Origin: Candidatus Poribacteria bacterium
GTDB taxonomy: Bacteria; Poribacteria; WGA-4E; WGA-3G
DNA: 38,324 nucleotides
Assembly (NCBI GenBank): GCA_022822215.1
Contig: JAJECD010000191.1
Coordinates: 1 to 38,324, forward strand
Reading direction: 5' to 3'
Both the position numbers and the translations under genes were made by a program. Position 1 is the stretch's first letter. Each line of letters opens with the position of its first letter. Below are positions 15,012 through 22,230 of this stretch, one piece after another. The notes beneath the pieces were generated by a model. It was not told the DNA's origin, did no database searches, and worked only from the letters and a program-made list of their open reading frames with translations.

Positions 15012-16447
15012 GCGGACTTAGTTTTTTTTCAAATGCGGAGATACAGAAATACCTCTCGATTTCCGCAACAATTGCAATTTTATCTTTTTTCCTTATTCTA
15101 CCTATTACTGCTCAAGATGAATCACGATCTGGACCCGCCGAGGAAGATAGAGCCCTAAACGAAATAGGACAATCTGATTTTCTAAGCGGGTTGTACGGCG
15201 GGGGTCTAACCTTTATTGATGGTGATGCCTACATTCAGTTGCAGCTTCAGCCAGATATACCGCTTGGGAAAGTCGGTATCGGGTTAGATTTGATTTTGCT
15301 CTATAATCCTTATGCAGAGGGCACAGAACCGCAGCTCCTCGCCGAAGATGGTGAATCCTGGGACAGCCCGAGTACGTGGTTAAGACTCATCCGTTACGTC
15401 CGCTACGGTCGTCCTTATGATCCGTTCTACGTTCGCTTCGGGGAGTTGGATTACCTGACAATCGGGCACGGCTCGATTATGTCTGGTTATTCTAACTACG
15501 ATCGGCGGGGATTACGCCTGAATTTCAGGGATTCTAAAAACCGTTCCGGTGTCGAAACAATGCTCAATGACATCGGGAGTCCCTCTATTTTCGGGGGGCG
15601 CGCATTCCTGCGTCCGTTCCAACGGGAAGAGAATAACAACTTTCTGACGCGATTTGAAATCGGGGTTACCTATCTCACCGACATCAACCCGAATTTGCGG
15701 GCGGAAGGCGAGGAACCCTTGAGCGCGATTGGGCTTGATGTCGGGTTCCCTCTCTTTGAAACGAGTACATTTCGGTTGGATCTCTACGATGATATCGCCT
15801 TTCTCAACACTTTGTCCGATACAACTGAATCGGAATCAGAGACTCGTGCTGTGGAAGGCAGCGGCACGACAGCGAACCTCGCGTGGGGAAATGCTGTCGG
15901 TATAGGCTTCGCTTTTACGCAGGCAATCTTCAAAATTGAATACCGCATCTTCGGAGATGGATACATCCCTTCCGTGTTCGACTATACGTATGAATCGGCG
16001 AAATCGCTGTCGCCAGAGCCGAATATGCCACAGTTTTTGGGGGTGGAGGCAGCTACGGAACCGAGACGCGGTTTTTACTCACAACTTATCTGGCAGCCAC
16101 TGCCACAAATCCACTGCCTTGGTACACTTGAGGATTATACGAATATTGAACCCAAACTCTATGTCGGAACGACTGTGTCGAAATTAGTGCCACGTCTCTC
16201 ACTGCGAGCGTTCTATACAAAACGGGATATAGGTGCGGGAGGCGAGACGAATTTCTTCGGGGACCTTTTCGATCTCGATGAGAAGTCGGCGTTCAGTGTG
16301 GAAGCCCGTTATGCAGTCTTTCCACCCGTTGAAACGATTGTCCTACGTGAGTACCGATTCAGGCGTGTTGAAACTGCGGCAGGTGTCTCTCAATTTGAAC
16401 CTATCCATAAGACGTCATTCATAGTAGGCATTAGCACAGATTTTTAA
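15008..16447 (+). CDS. Putative outer-membrane beta-barrel protein of unknown family, translationally coupled to the ABC ATPase
   Basis: ATGA start/stop overlap at 15008-15011. Signal-like LSISATIAILSFFLILPITAQD. Many alternating hydrophobic strands. C-terminal ...IVGISTDF, with the terminal Phe typical of BAM substrates. Confidence 0.6.
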   Translation: MSGLSFFSNAEIQKYLSISATIAILSFFLILPITAQDESRSGPAEEDRALNEIGQSDFLSGLYGGGLTFIDGDAYIQLQLQPDIPLGKVGIGLDLILLYNPYAEGTEPQLLAEDGESWDSPSTWLRLIRYVRYGRPYDPFYVRFGELDYLTIGHGSIMSGYSNYDRRGLRLNFRDSKNRSGVETMLNDIGSPSIFGGRAFLRPFQREENNNFLTRFEIGVTYLTDINPNLRAEGEEPLSAIGLDVGFPLFETSTFRLDLYDDIAFLNTLSDTTESESETRAVEGSGTTANLAWGNAVGIGFAFTQAIFKIEYRIFGDGYIPSVFDYTYESAKSLSPEPNMPQFLGVEAATEPRRGFYSQLIWQPLPQIHCLGTLEDYTNIEPKLYVGTTVSKLVPRLSLRAFYTKRDIGAGGETNFFGDLFDLDEKSAFSVEARYAVFPPVETIVLREYRFRRVETAAGVSQFEPIHKTSFIVGISTDF

Positions 16448-16484
16448 CGATTGTGTCTGGGCGGTGTTTCCGTTGTCAACACCC

Positions 16485-16525
16485 GGGGAATGCCTCACGG
16501 CATTCATACCGTTGATTTTCTAAAA
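16485..16525. repeat. Hairpin-containing intergenic repeat (second copy at 10535..10575)
   Basis: ggggaatgcctcacggcattcataccgttgattttctaaaa versus ggtgaatgccctaaggcattcataccgttgattctttaagg. Stem gaatgcc/ggcattc. Confidence 0.6.
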
Positions 16526-16548
16526 TTGGTAAGAAAGGCTTTTTAGAT

Positions 16549-16689
16549 TTATAGTAGATTCTGTAATTATTTATACACTTAGCATTGGTGCGGTTAGGAA
16601 TGCACATCGCATTTGGTCGAGTACGCCGCAAAACCGCACCTACCGGGCCTGGGCCAAAAGTGTGTATTTATTTTTGGAATTTACTATAA
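16549..16689. repeat. MITE-like intergenic element, family A copy 2
   Basis: The left end ttatagtagattctgtaattatttatacac is matched by the reverse complement of the right end, ttatagtaaattccaaaaataaatacac. Internal 9-bp stem ggtgcggtt/aaccgcacc followed by taccgg. Confidence 0.6.
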
Positions 16690-16700
16690 AATCCTTTTTT

Positions 16701-16759
16701 CACAATTAGAAGATTGTATGCTCACTGCGGAGTAAATCGACGCAGCAGGTCAGATTTAA
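16701..16759. repeat. Short intergenic repeat (inverted copy of 14233..14283), abutting the Rieske gene stop
   Basis: See 14233..14283. It contains the hairpin ctgcg-N11-cgcag. Confidence 0.5.
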
Positions 16760-17070
16760 TCGTTTAAAGTATCTACTTTGACTTCCTCATCTTCAACAAC
16801 TACAGGGTACGTTCTGACACGGAGGCGTGGGTCGGTTTGACATTCTCCCGTTTTTGTATCATAAGCATAACCGTGAACAGGACACACAGCAATGCCGTTC
16901 CGAATTCTGCCTCTACCGAGAGAACCGAGCGCATGTGGACAGGTGTTGTCCACGGCACAGAATTTACCGTTTTCGTTGAAGATAGCAATTCGCCTTCCGT
17001 TGACCGTAAACGCTTTTCCGCGGCCTTCACGGATGGCTGACGTTTTCGTGACCGTTGTGTAATCTGACAT
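16756..17070 (-). CDS. Small Rieske [2Fe-2S] protein (NirD/ferredoxin-type)
   Basis: CPHALGSL...(17 aa)...CPVHGYAYD gives CxH...CxxH ligands. Start set to ATG 17070, which is preceded by AAGGAG; the 17118 extension would overlap the upstream gene. Confidence 0.85.
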   Translation of the reverse strand: MSDYTTVTKTSAIREGRGKAFTVNGRRIAIFNENGKFCAVDNTCPHALGSLGRGRIRNGIAVCPVHGYAYDTKTGECQTDPRLRVRTYPVVVEDEEVKVDTLND

Positions 17071-17074
17071 TGTT

Positions 17075-18787
17075 TCACTCCTTGACGCTTCCCAGGGTAA
17101 TTCCTTGCACAAATTCACGCTGCATCGCTAAAAACAGAATAACAATCGGCATCAATGAAAGCAGTGTTCCCGCCATCAGCATACCGTAGTCTTGGCGATA
17201 GATGCCGACAAGATTCGCTAAGCCAATCGGTAGTGTATACTTCGCTTCATCGCGTAAAATGATAAGGGGCCAGAGGTAGCCGTTCCACGATCCCAAGAAA
17301 GAATAGATGGTTAAGGCACCGAGTGCTGGTTTGATAATGGGTAGCACAACCCGGTAGTAGATACCGAACTCGGAACAGCCGTCAATGCGTGCTGCATCCA
17401 ACAATTCCGATGGAATCGTGACAATGAATTGGCGCATCAGAAATACCCCGAACGCGCCGACCGAAAATGGGATAATGATCGCTTTGTAACTGTTGAGCCA
17501 GCCAATATCATACATCAATCCGAATAGCGGCACAAGCAGGACCTGAAAAGGCACCATCATTGAGGCAAGAAGGATACCAAACAGGATTTTTTGACCCCGA
17601 AATTGATACTTCGCAAACGCATAACCACCGAGAGAACAGAAAAACAGCGTCAATAGCGTTGAAGCCGTGGCGATAAAAACGCTGTTGATGAAATACTGGT
17701 TGTATGGCACCGTCTTCCACAAATTTCGGTAGTTTGAGGTAAACTTATCCCACACAATCGATAGGTAGCCGGGCTGATGAATCGTTAATTGCAGGAGCAG
17801 TTGTGTTCCTACGCCTGTTTCTACAGCGGAAGGCGTTGTGAGGTCCGTTTCTATTTGTTCCATTGTGATGTGTGCGGATTCCAGTTCGCCGGGAGTGCCG
17901 TGCAATCGCCATACCGTATCTTTCCACAAGGCACTCTCCAAAATGAAAGGACGGGTTGGTTGATACGTCACGCTGTGGGCGTTACCGGCAGATTGTAGCA
18001 CGGACACGCTTAAATCGAGATGGTGATACGAGGCATCACCACGAATGGGCAGGATAATCCGCCGAATCTGTTCGACTGGAATGGGTGAGGAGATGGTCGT
18101 TGTCATGCGGACGGTTTTGTCATCTCGGAATTCGTAGGATATATTCGCTGCAGTCTGCGGATCGGCAGATATGCGGAGGCGCGTGCCTGTTTCTGCTTCC
18201 CACTCGGTCCCTTCAACCGATGGACGATTGAAGTCGAGGTCTTCTATCTGGAGTGCTCCGACGGCAACTTCTCTATACACCGAACTCCAGATTGTGTCAA
18301 CCGCTTCTGGAATAATCGCTTCTTCCACCGCCTCAATGATTGAAGGTGTTGTACCACCCCAAACTTCGTCCGGTAGTCCCGCTACCAGTTGTTGCCATAA
18401 CCCTTCAACTGCTTCTCTTTGTAATTCCTCAGATGCGACGTAATTGGAAAGTTGAGGGTTTGCCGCGAGGTGTACTTGCGCCTGCTGCCAAACAATCTGT
18501 GTGAGTTCTGGTGCTAACGTCTGCCACGCCGTTTCGTCAACTGCTTTTGGTTTCTCTATTTTCCGATAAGCATTTTCGAGAATATAAGGCGATGACGCGA
18601 CGCGCGGCGGTAGACTCGGAAACCATTGAATCGGAACCGAGAATATCTCATTTGCGGTCTTAAAAGAGGACGTCAACAACCAGAGCATCGGTATCATTGT
18701 GCAGAAAGCTGCACTTACCAAAAGAAGGTAACCAACGCCTCTGAAAATTTTTATTTTAACCTGTCGGTTTTTATGCTTTTCATTCAT
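17075..18787 (-). CDS. MalG/UgpE-type (carbohydrate-class) ABC importer permease with a ~315-aa insertion in the first periplasmic loop
   Basis: The C-terminal half carries the family core, including the EAA loop ELLDAARIDGCSEFGIYYRVVLPIIKPAL. N-terminal TM1 (GYLLLVSAAFCTMIPMLWLL...IQWFP) is separated from FTSNYRNLW...YFINS by a long soluble segment. ATG 18787 overlaps the MoxR stop (TAATG). Confidence 0.85.
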   Translation of the reverse strand: MNEKHKNRQVKIKIFRGVGYLLLVSAAFCTMIPMLWLLTSSFKTANEIFSVPIQWFPSLPPRVASSPYILENAYRKIEKPKAVDETAWQTLAPELTQIVWQQAQVHLAANPQLSNYVASEELQREAVEGLWQQLVAGLPDEVWGGTTPSIIEAVEEAIIPEAVDTIWSSVYREVAVGALQIEDLDFNRPSVEGTEWEAETGTRLRISADPQTAANISYEFRDDKTVRMTTTISSPIPVEQIRRIILPIRGDASYHHLDLSVSVLQSAGNAHSVTYQPTRPFILESALWKDTVWRLHGTPGELESAHITMEQIETDLTTPSAVETGVGTQLLLQLTIHQPGYLSIVWDKFTSNYRNLWKTVPYNQYFINSVFIATASTLLTLFFCSLGGYAFAKYQFRGQKILFGILLASMMVPFQVLLVPLFGLMYDIGWLNSYKAIIIPFSVGAFGVFLMRQFIVTIPSELLDAARIDGCSEFGIYYRVVLPIIKPALGALTIYSFLGSWNGYLWPLIILRDEAKYTLPIGLANLVGIYRQDYGMLMAGTLLSLMPIVILFLAMQREFVQGITLGSVKE

Positions 18788-19662
18788 TACTGTAAACCTA
18801 ATTCGGAGAGTTGCACTGTGCGTGCGCGTTGAATGTCGTCTTGATATTTGAAGACGCATCCAAGCGTTTCCGTAACAACCTCTGCATCAAGTTGTGCCTT
18901 GCCGAGTGCGATGAGTGCCAATGCCCAATCCAGCGTCTCCGCGACCCCCGGTTTCTTGTAGTAATCCCCTTGCCGCCAGAGCTGCATAATTTGACACAAC
19001 TGCTCCGCGAGGTGTTCGTCAATATCCGGCAGCTTCGTCTGAACGATCGCCAGCTCTTTCTCAATAGTCGGGTAATCAATCCATTGGTAAAGGCAGCGGC
19101 GTTTGAGTGCTTCGTGGACCTCTCGCGTCCGGTTTGAGGTGAGCACAACGTGCGGAATGTATTTCGCTCGGATAGTGCCGATTTCGGGGATCGTAATCTG
19201 AAAATCGGACAAGACTTCAAGTAGGAACGCCTCAAATTCACTGTCGCTCCGATCTACCTCGTCAATGAGTAAGACCGGTGGAACATCATCGTCGCTCTGA
19301 ATGGCTTCCAGCAAGGGACGTTTCAGCAGAAACGCTTCACTGAACAGATCCGTTCCGATGTCTTCTTTATCACGTCCTTGTGCTTCATCAATACGGAGCT
19401 GTAAAATTTGCCGTGTATAGTTCCATTCATACAACGCGCTGTTGGCATCCAAGCCTTCATAGCATTGCAATCGGATGAGTTTGGCGTTTGTTGCGTCCGC
19501 AAGAACTTTGGCGACTTCTGTTTTACCGACCCCCGGCTCGCCTTCGAGAAAGATAGGCTTTTTGAGATGGTGTGCGAGGTAAAGAGTTGTCGCCAAACCC
19601 TTATCTGCGATATACGCATGTTTTGCACATGCGGTTTGAACATTTTCGATAGATGTGAACAT
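18787..19662 (-). CDS. MoxR-family AAA+ ATPase
   Basis: Walker A EGEPGVGKTE, Walker B LLIDEVDR, a single AAA+ module of 291 aa, and LQCYEGLD...LYEWNY as in MoxR/CoxD-like proteins. Confidence 0.88.
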   Translation of the reverse strand: MFTSIENVQTACAKHAYIADKGLATTLYLAHHLKKPIFLEGEPGVGKTEVAKVLADATNAKLIRLQCYEGLDANSALYEWNYTRQILQLRIDEAQGRDKEDIGTDLFSEAFLLKRPLLEAIQSDDDVPPVLLIDEVDRSDSEFEAFLLEVLSDFQITIPEIGTIRAKYIPHVVLTSNRTREVHEALKRRCLYQWIDYPTIEKELAIVQTKLPDIDEHLAEQLCQIMQLWRQGDYYKKPGVAETLDWALALIALGKAQLDAEVVTETLGCVFKYQDDIQRARTVQLSELGLQ

Positions 19663-19839
19663 TTTTTAAATGGTCGGCCTTCGCGCTGCCCTCCACTTCG
19701 TTTCGGGCAAGTTTCCGATCTGTTCCAACCCATTGGGAATCTGTAAGGTTAGAAAACCGTCGTACTCCCTGCTTACACTTTGAATTGTCAATATTACTAT
19801 GCAGGCTACCGTCACAGTACCCGTCTGCCTTTTAACACA

Positions 19840-20511
19840 TCATTCAAACAGTTGTGCCACGGAACAAGTAAACCCTGACACGACATCCTCACCTGTCAAC
19901 ATGGCTTCACGCGTAAGGGTTTCAATGTCGCTTTCAGAGCGATATACCGTCACCGTTTTGGACACAGGGTCAAGGACCCAGACGAGGCGAGTCCCTGCGG
20001 CCAGATAGTCGAGTGCCTTACGGACAACCCGCGAGTGAACATCTGATGGTGACACCACCTCAATCGCCAGATCGGGCGGGATCGGGAACGTTGCGTCTTC
20101 GTCTACATCCAGGCGGTCGGTTGAAACGAACGCCACATCCGGCTTCATCATACGGTCACCAACTTGAAATATCGTCTCTGCTGTATACAATTCCCCCAAC
20201 CCATTTTCATAGACGTACCGATCCAAATGTCGAATGATGCTGATACTAATCTTACCATGTCTTCTCGTCGCTGGCGACATCGGTATTAATTCTCCCTTTG
20301 CGTATTCATATCCTGGGACATCGTTCTCAAGAAATTCCGCCGGTGTCATCGTCGTGGGGATCGGCAGGTGCCTTTCTGGCGGTGATTTCAGGACTAATAC
20401 ACCGTCAATATATTCATATCCTGGGACATCGTTCTCAAGAAATTCCTCCAATGTCGCCGTGGTGGGTATTGACTCGGGAATTTCTGAGGCGTTTTTGTGA
20501 GGTGCTTTCAT
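19840..20511 (-). CDS. Uma2 (DUF820) family endonuclease with a duplicated N-terminal segment
   Basis: YEYAKGELIPMSP...H, KPDVAFV, PDLAIEVVSPSD, K...YLAAGTRLVWVLDP...VTVY are the Uma2 PD-(D/E)XK hallmarks. Start set to ATG 20511, which is preceded by AGGGAGGG. Confidence 0.85.
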   Translation of the reverse strand: MKAPHKNASEIPESIPTTATLEEFLENDVPGYEYIDGVLVLKSPPERHLPIPTTMTPAEFLENDVPGYEYAKGELIPMSPATRRHGKISISIIRHLDRYVYENGLGELYTAETIFQVGDRMMKPDVAFVSTDRLDVDEDATFPIPPDLAIEVVSPSDVHSRVVRKALDYLAAGTRLVWVLDPVSKTVTVYRSESDIETLTREAMLTGEDVVSGFTCSVAQLFE

Positions 20512-20549
20512 GTTTTTATCCCTCCCTAATATGTTTACGAGGCAATCTT

Positions 20550-21155
20550 TCATTTCTCCTGCAGGGCGCGTTTGTAATCTTCTGGGTAATCAATATCCCG
20601 CAACACCCAATCCGTATCTACGGTCACATAGTGAATATCGTCGTTGTATGTCTTGAAAAGCGTTCGCACGCCACCGCTTTCTGCGTCTAAGGCAAGGATT
20701 TCACGGGCATATCGTTGGTGAAAGACAACCGGATGTCCGCGTTTGTAGTTATAGCTGGGGAGCGCAATTCCCTTGTCTGTTTGAACATAGGCATCGACGA
20801 CCTGATTAATTAACGCAGTGGTAATAAAGGGTTGATCTACGAGCATCAACGCAAACGCCTCGCTCTGTTCCAGTGCCTTTATACCCGCCTGTGCCGAGGT
20901 TAGCATCCCTTCACGATAGTTAGGATTAAGGACGATTCTGACCGGACGCGTCCGCAGTTTTTCCTGAATCTCGGCTGCGCGGTGTCCGACGACGACGATA
21001 ACCTCATCAAACTTAGCACCGAGCATGTTGTCCACTACGGTTTCAACGATAGTGCTTTCTCCAAACCGAAGGAGCTGCTTCGGTTCTCCCATTCGAGAGG
21101 AGAGTCCGGCTGCAAGGAGGATTCCAGATATGAAAGGAGACGATTTCTGAGTCAT
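20550..21155 (-). CDS. MobA/MocA-like nucleotidyltransferase (molybdenum cofactor cytidylyl/guanylyl-transferase family)
   Basis: N-terminus GILLAAGLSSRMGEPKQLL. ~200 aa with a Rossmann-like GT-A fold pattern. The start is 2 nt after the upstream stop. Confidence 0.8.
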   Translation of the reverse strand: MTQKSSPFISGILLAAGLSSRMGEPKQLLRFGESTIVETVVDNMLGAKFDEVIVVVGHRAAEIQEKLRTRPVRIVLNPNYREGMLTSAQAGIKALEQSEAFALMLVDQPFITTALINQVVDAYVQTDKGIALPSYNYKRGHPVVFHQRYAREILALDAESGGVRTLFKTYNDDIHYVTVDTDWVLRDIDYPEDYKRALQEK

Positions 21156-21157
21156 GT

Positions 21158-22135
21158 TTAATACCGAATACCGAAAGTCTCATATTCTCCAGTGAAAGCG
21201 CGTGCGTCGATTTCAATCGAATCGACTCTTGCGTAACGCGGTCCCTTTTTTACTAACGCAACTAACGCATCTAACTGCGCCTTATCACCCTCCGCGACAA
21301 TCTCAACTTTACCGTTTGGTAGGTTCTTCGCATAACCGTTAACACCGAGTTGTTTCGCGTTAAGCTGCGTAAAATTACGGAAGCCTACACCTTGCACCTT
21401 GCCACTGATGAGCACGTACAACTGCATTTTCTGGTTGACCTCAATCGTAAGTGTGATAGGTGTGCCAAGTTCCGGGAGCAAGGCATCATTTTTTTTATAG
21501 ATATTCTCCTCTGACGATTCAGGAAGCGGGTTCTGGAAGAGTGCGCTCGCATCGAACACCCGCAAAGCGACGATATCATTACTCATAAATGCTTGCGGCA
21601 TCATCGCATCTTCGTCTTCACTGTCCAAGTCTGGCACAATACGTGAGCCGGAGTAGATCCAAGCGACCGGTTGCAGCGGCTTTTGGGTTTTGACGTTGAG
21701 AACAAGTTCTTCGGCGCGCACTTTTTTCCCCGTATCAGAAGAGTTGCCGTCTTTCCACGCAACGGACATAATAAACGCAGTACCCGTTGGCGGTGTCGGT
21801 GCATCTTTTTCTGCGTCGTAGCCGGGCGGTGTGCCGACTTCAACGCCGAGTTTACTGAGAGCGTCGTATATTTCCTTCGTTGTCGCATCGACAACAATGA
21901 TACTTTCATATTCCTTGCCATCGCGTCCGCAGACGAGGTATTCAACCGCGCCTCTTAAATGTGAGTCGTATTCACCGAGTGCTTTAGAAATTTCGCCAGT
22001 TAAGACGAGTTGTTTTTCTTTTTCCATTACCTTGAGATGTCCATCACCCCATCCGATGCTGGGCAGCGCAACAAGGCAAACGGTTAAACAGATTTTGATC
22101 CCCACCTTCCAAATATAGAATTTCACCTTCTGCAT
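21158..22135 (-). CDS. Exported or anchored protein with an N-terminal domain of unknown function fused to a C-terminal acylphosphatase domain
   Basis: Both acylphosphatase signatures are present: ISGKVQGVGFR and GYAKNLPNGKV. N-terminal hydrophobic KICLTVCLVALPSIGWG. Start set to ATG 22135, which is preceded by AAGGAGGG. Confidence 0.8.
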   Translation of the reverse strand: MQKVKFYIWKVGIKICLTVCLVALPSIGWGDGHLKVMEKEKQLVLTGEISKALGEYDSHLRGAVEYLVCGRDGKEYESIIVVDATTKEIYDALSKLGVEVGTPPGYDAEKDAPTPPTGTAFIMSVAWKDGNSSDTGKKVRAEELVLNVKTQKPLQPVAWIYSGSRIVPDLDSEDEDAMMPQAFMSNDIVALRVFDASALFQNPLPESSEENIYKKNDALLPELGTPITLTIEVNQKMQLYVLISGKVQGVGFRNFTQLNAKQLGVNGYAKNLPNGKVEIVAEGDKAQLDALVALVKKGPRYARVDSIEIDARAFTGEYETFGIRY

Positions 22136-22153
22136 GAAAACCCTCCTTTTTTT

Positions 22154-22230
22154 TCGCGAATAGCGGTTAGCCAATAGCCAATAGCAATGCGCGAACTACT
22201 AACAGCAAACTGCTAACAACCGACAACCCT
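22154..22230. repeat. Heptanucleotide-phased intercistronic spacer (~11 units)
   Basis: tcgcgaa tagcggt tagccaa tagccaa tagcaat gcgcgaa ctactaa cagcaaa ctgctaa caaccga caaccct. C at position 4 is invariant. On the coding (minus) strand it starts right after the stop as GGGTTGTCGGTTGTTAGCAG... Confidence 0.55.

Noticed and set aside
18798-19241. 147-aa minus-strand ORF and 108-aa plus-strand ORF inside the MoxR gene.
   Set aside because: They are alternate-frame or antisense to a gene with intact Walker A/B motifs.
19663-19839. A possible riboswitch or structured leader upstream of the MoxR gene (177-nt gap with several short complementarities, for example tgtaag/cttaca, ggttgg/ccgacc).
   Set aside because: The stems are short and include wobble pairs. 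I recognise no known riboswitch core (no B12 box, no Moco-motif features). A TTGACA at 19786-19791 (minus strand) lacks a matching -10. The evidence is not strong enough to call.
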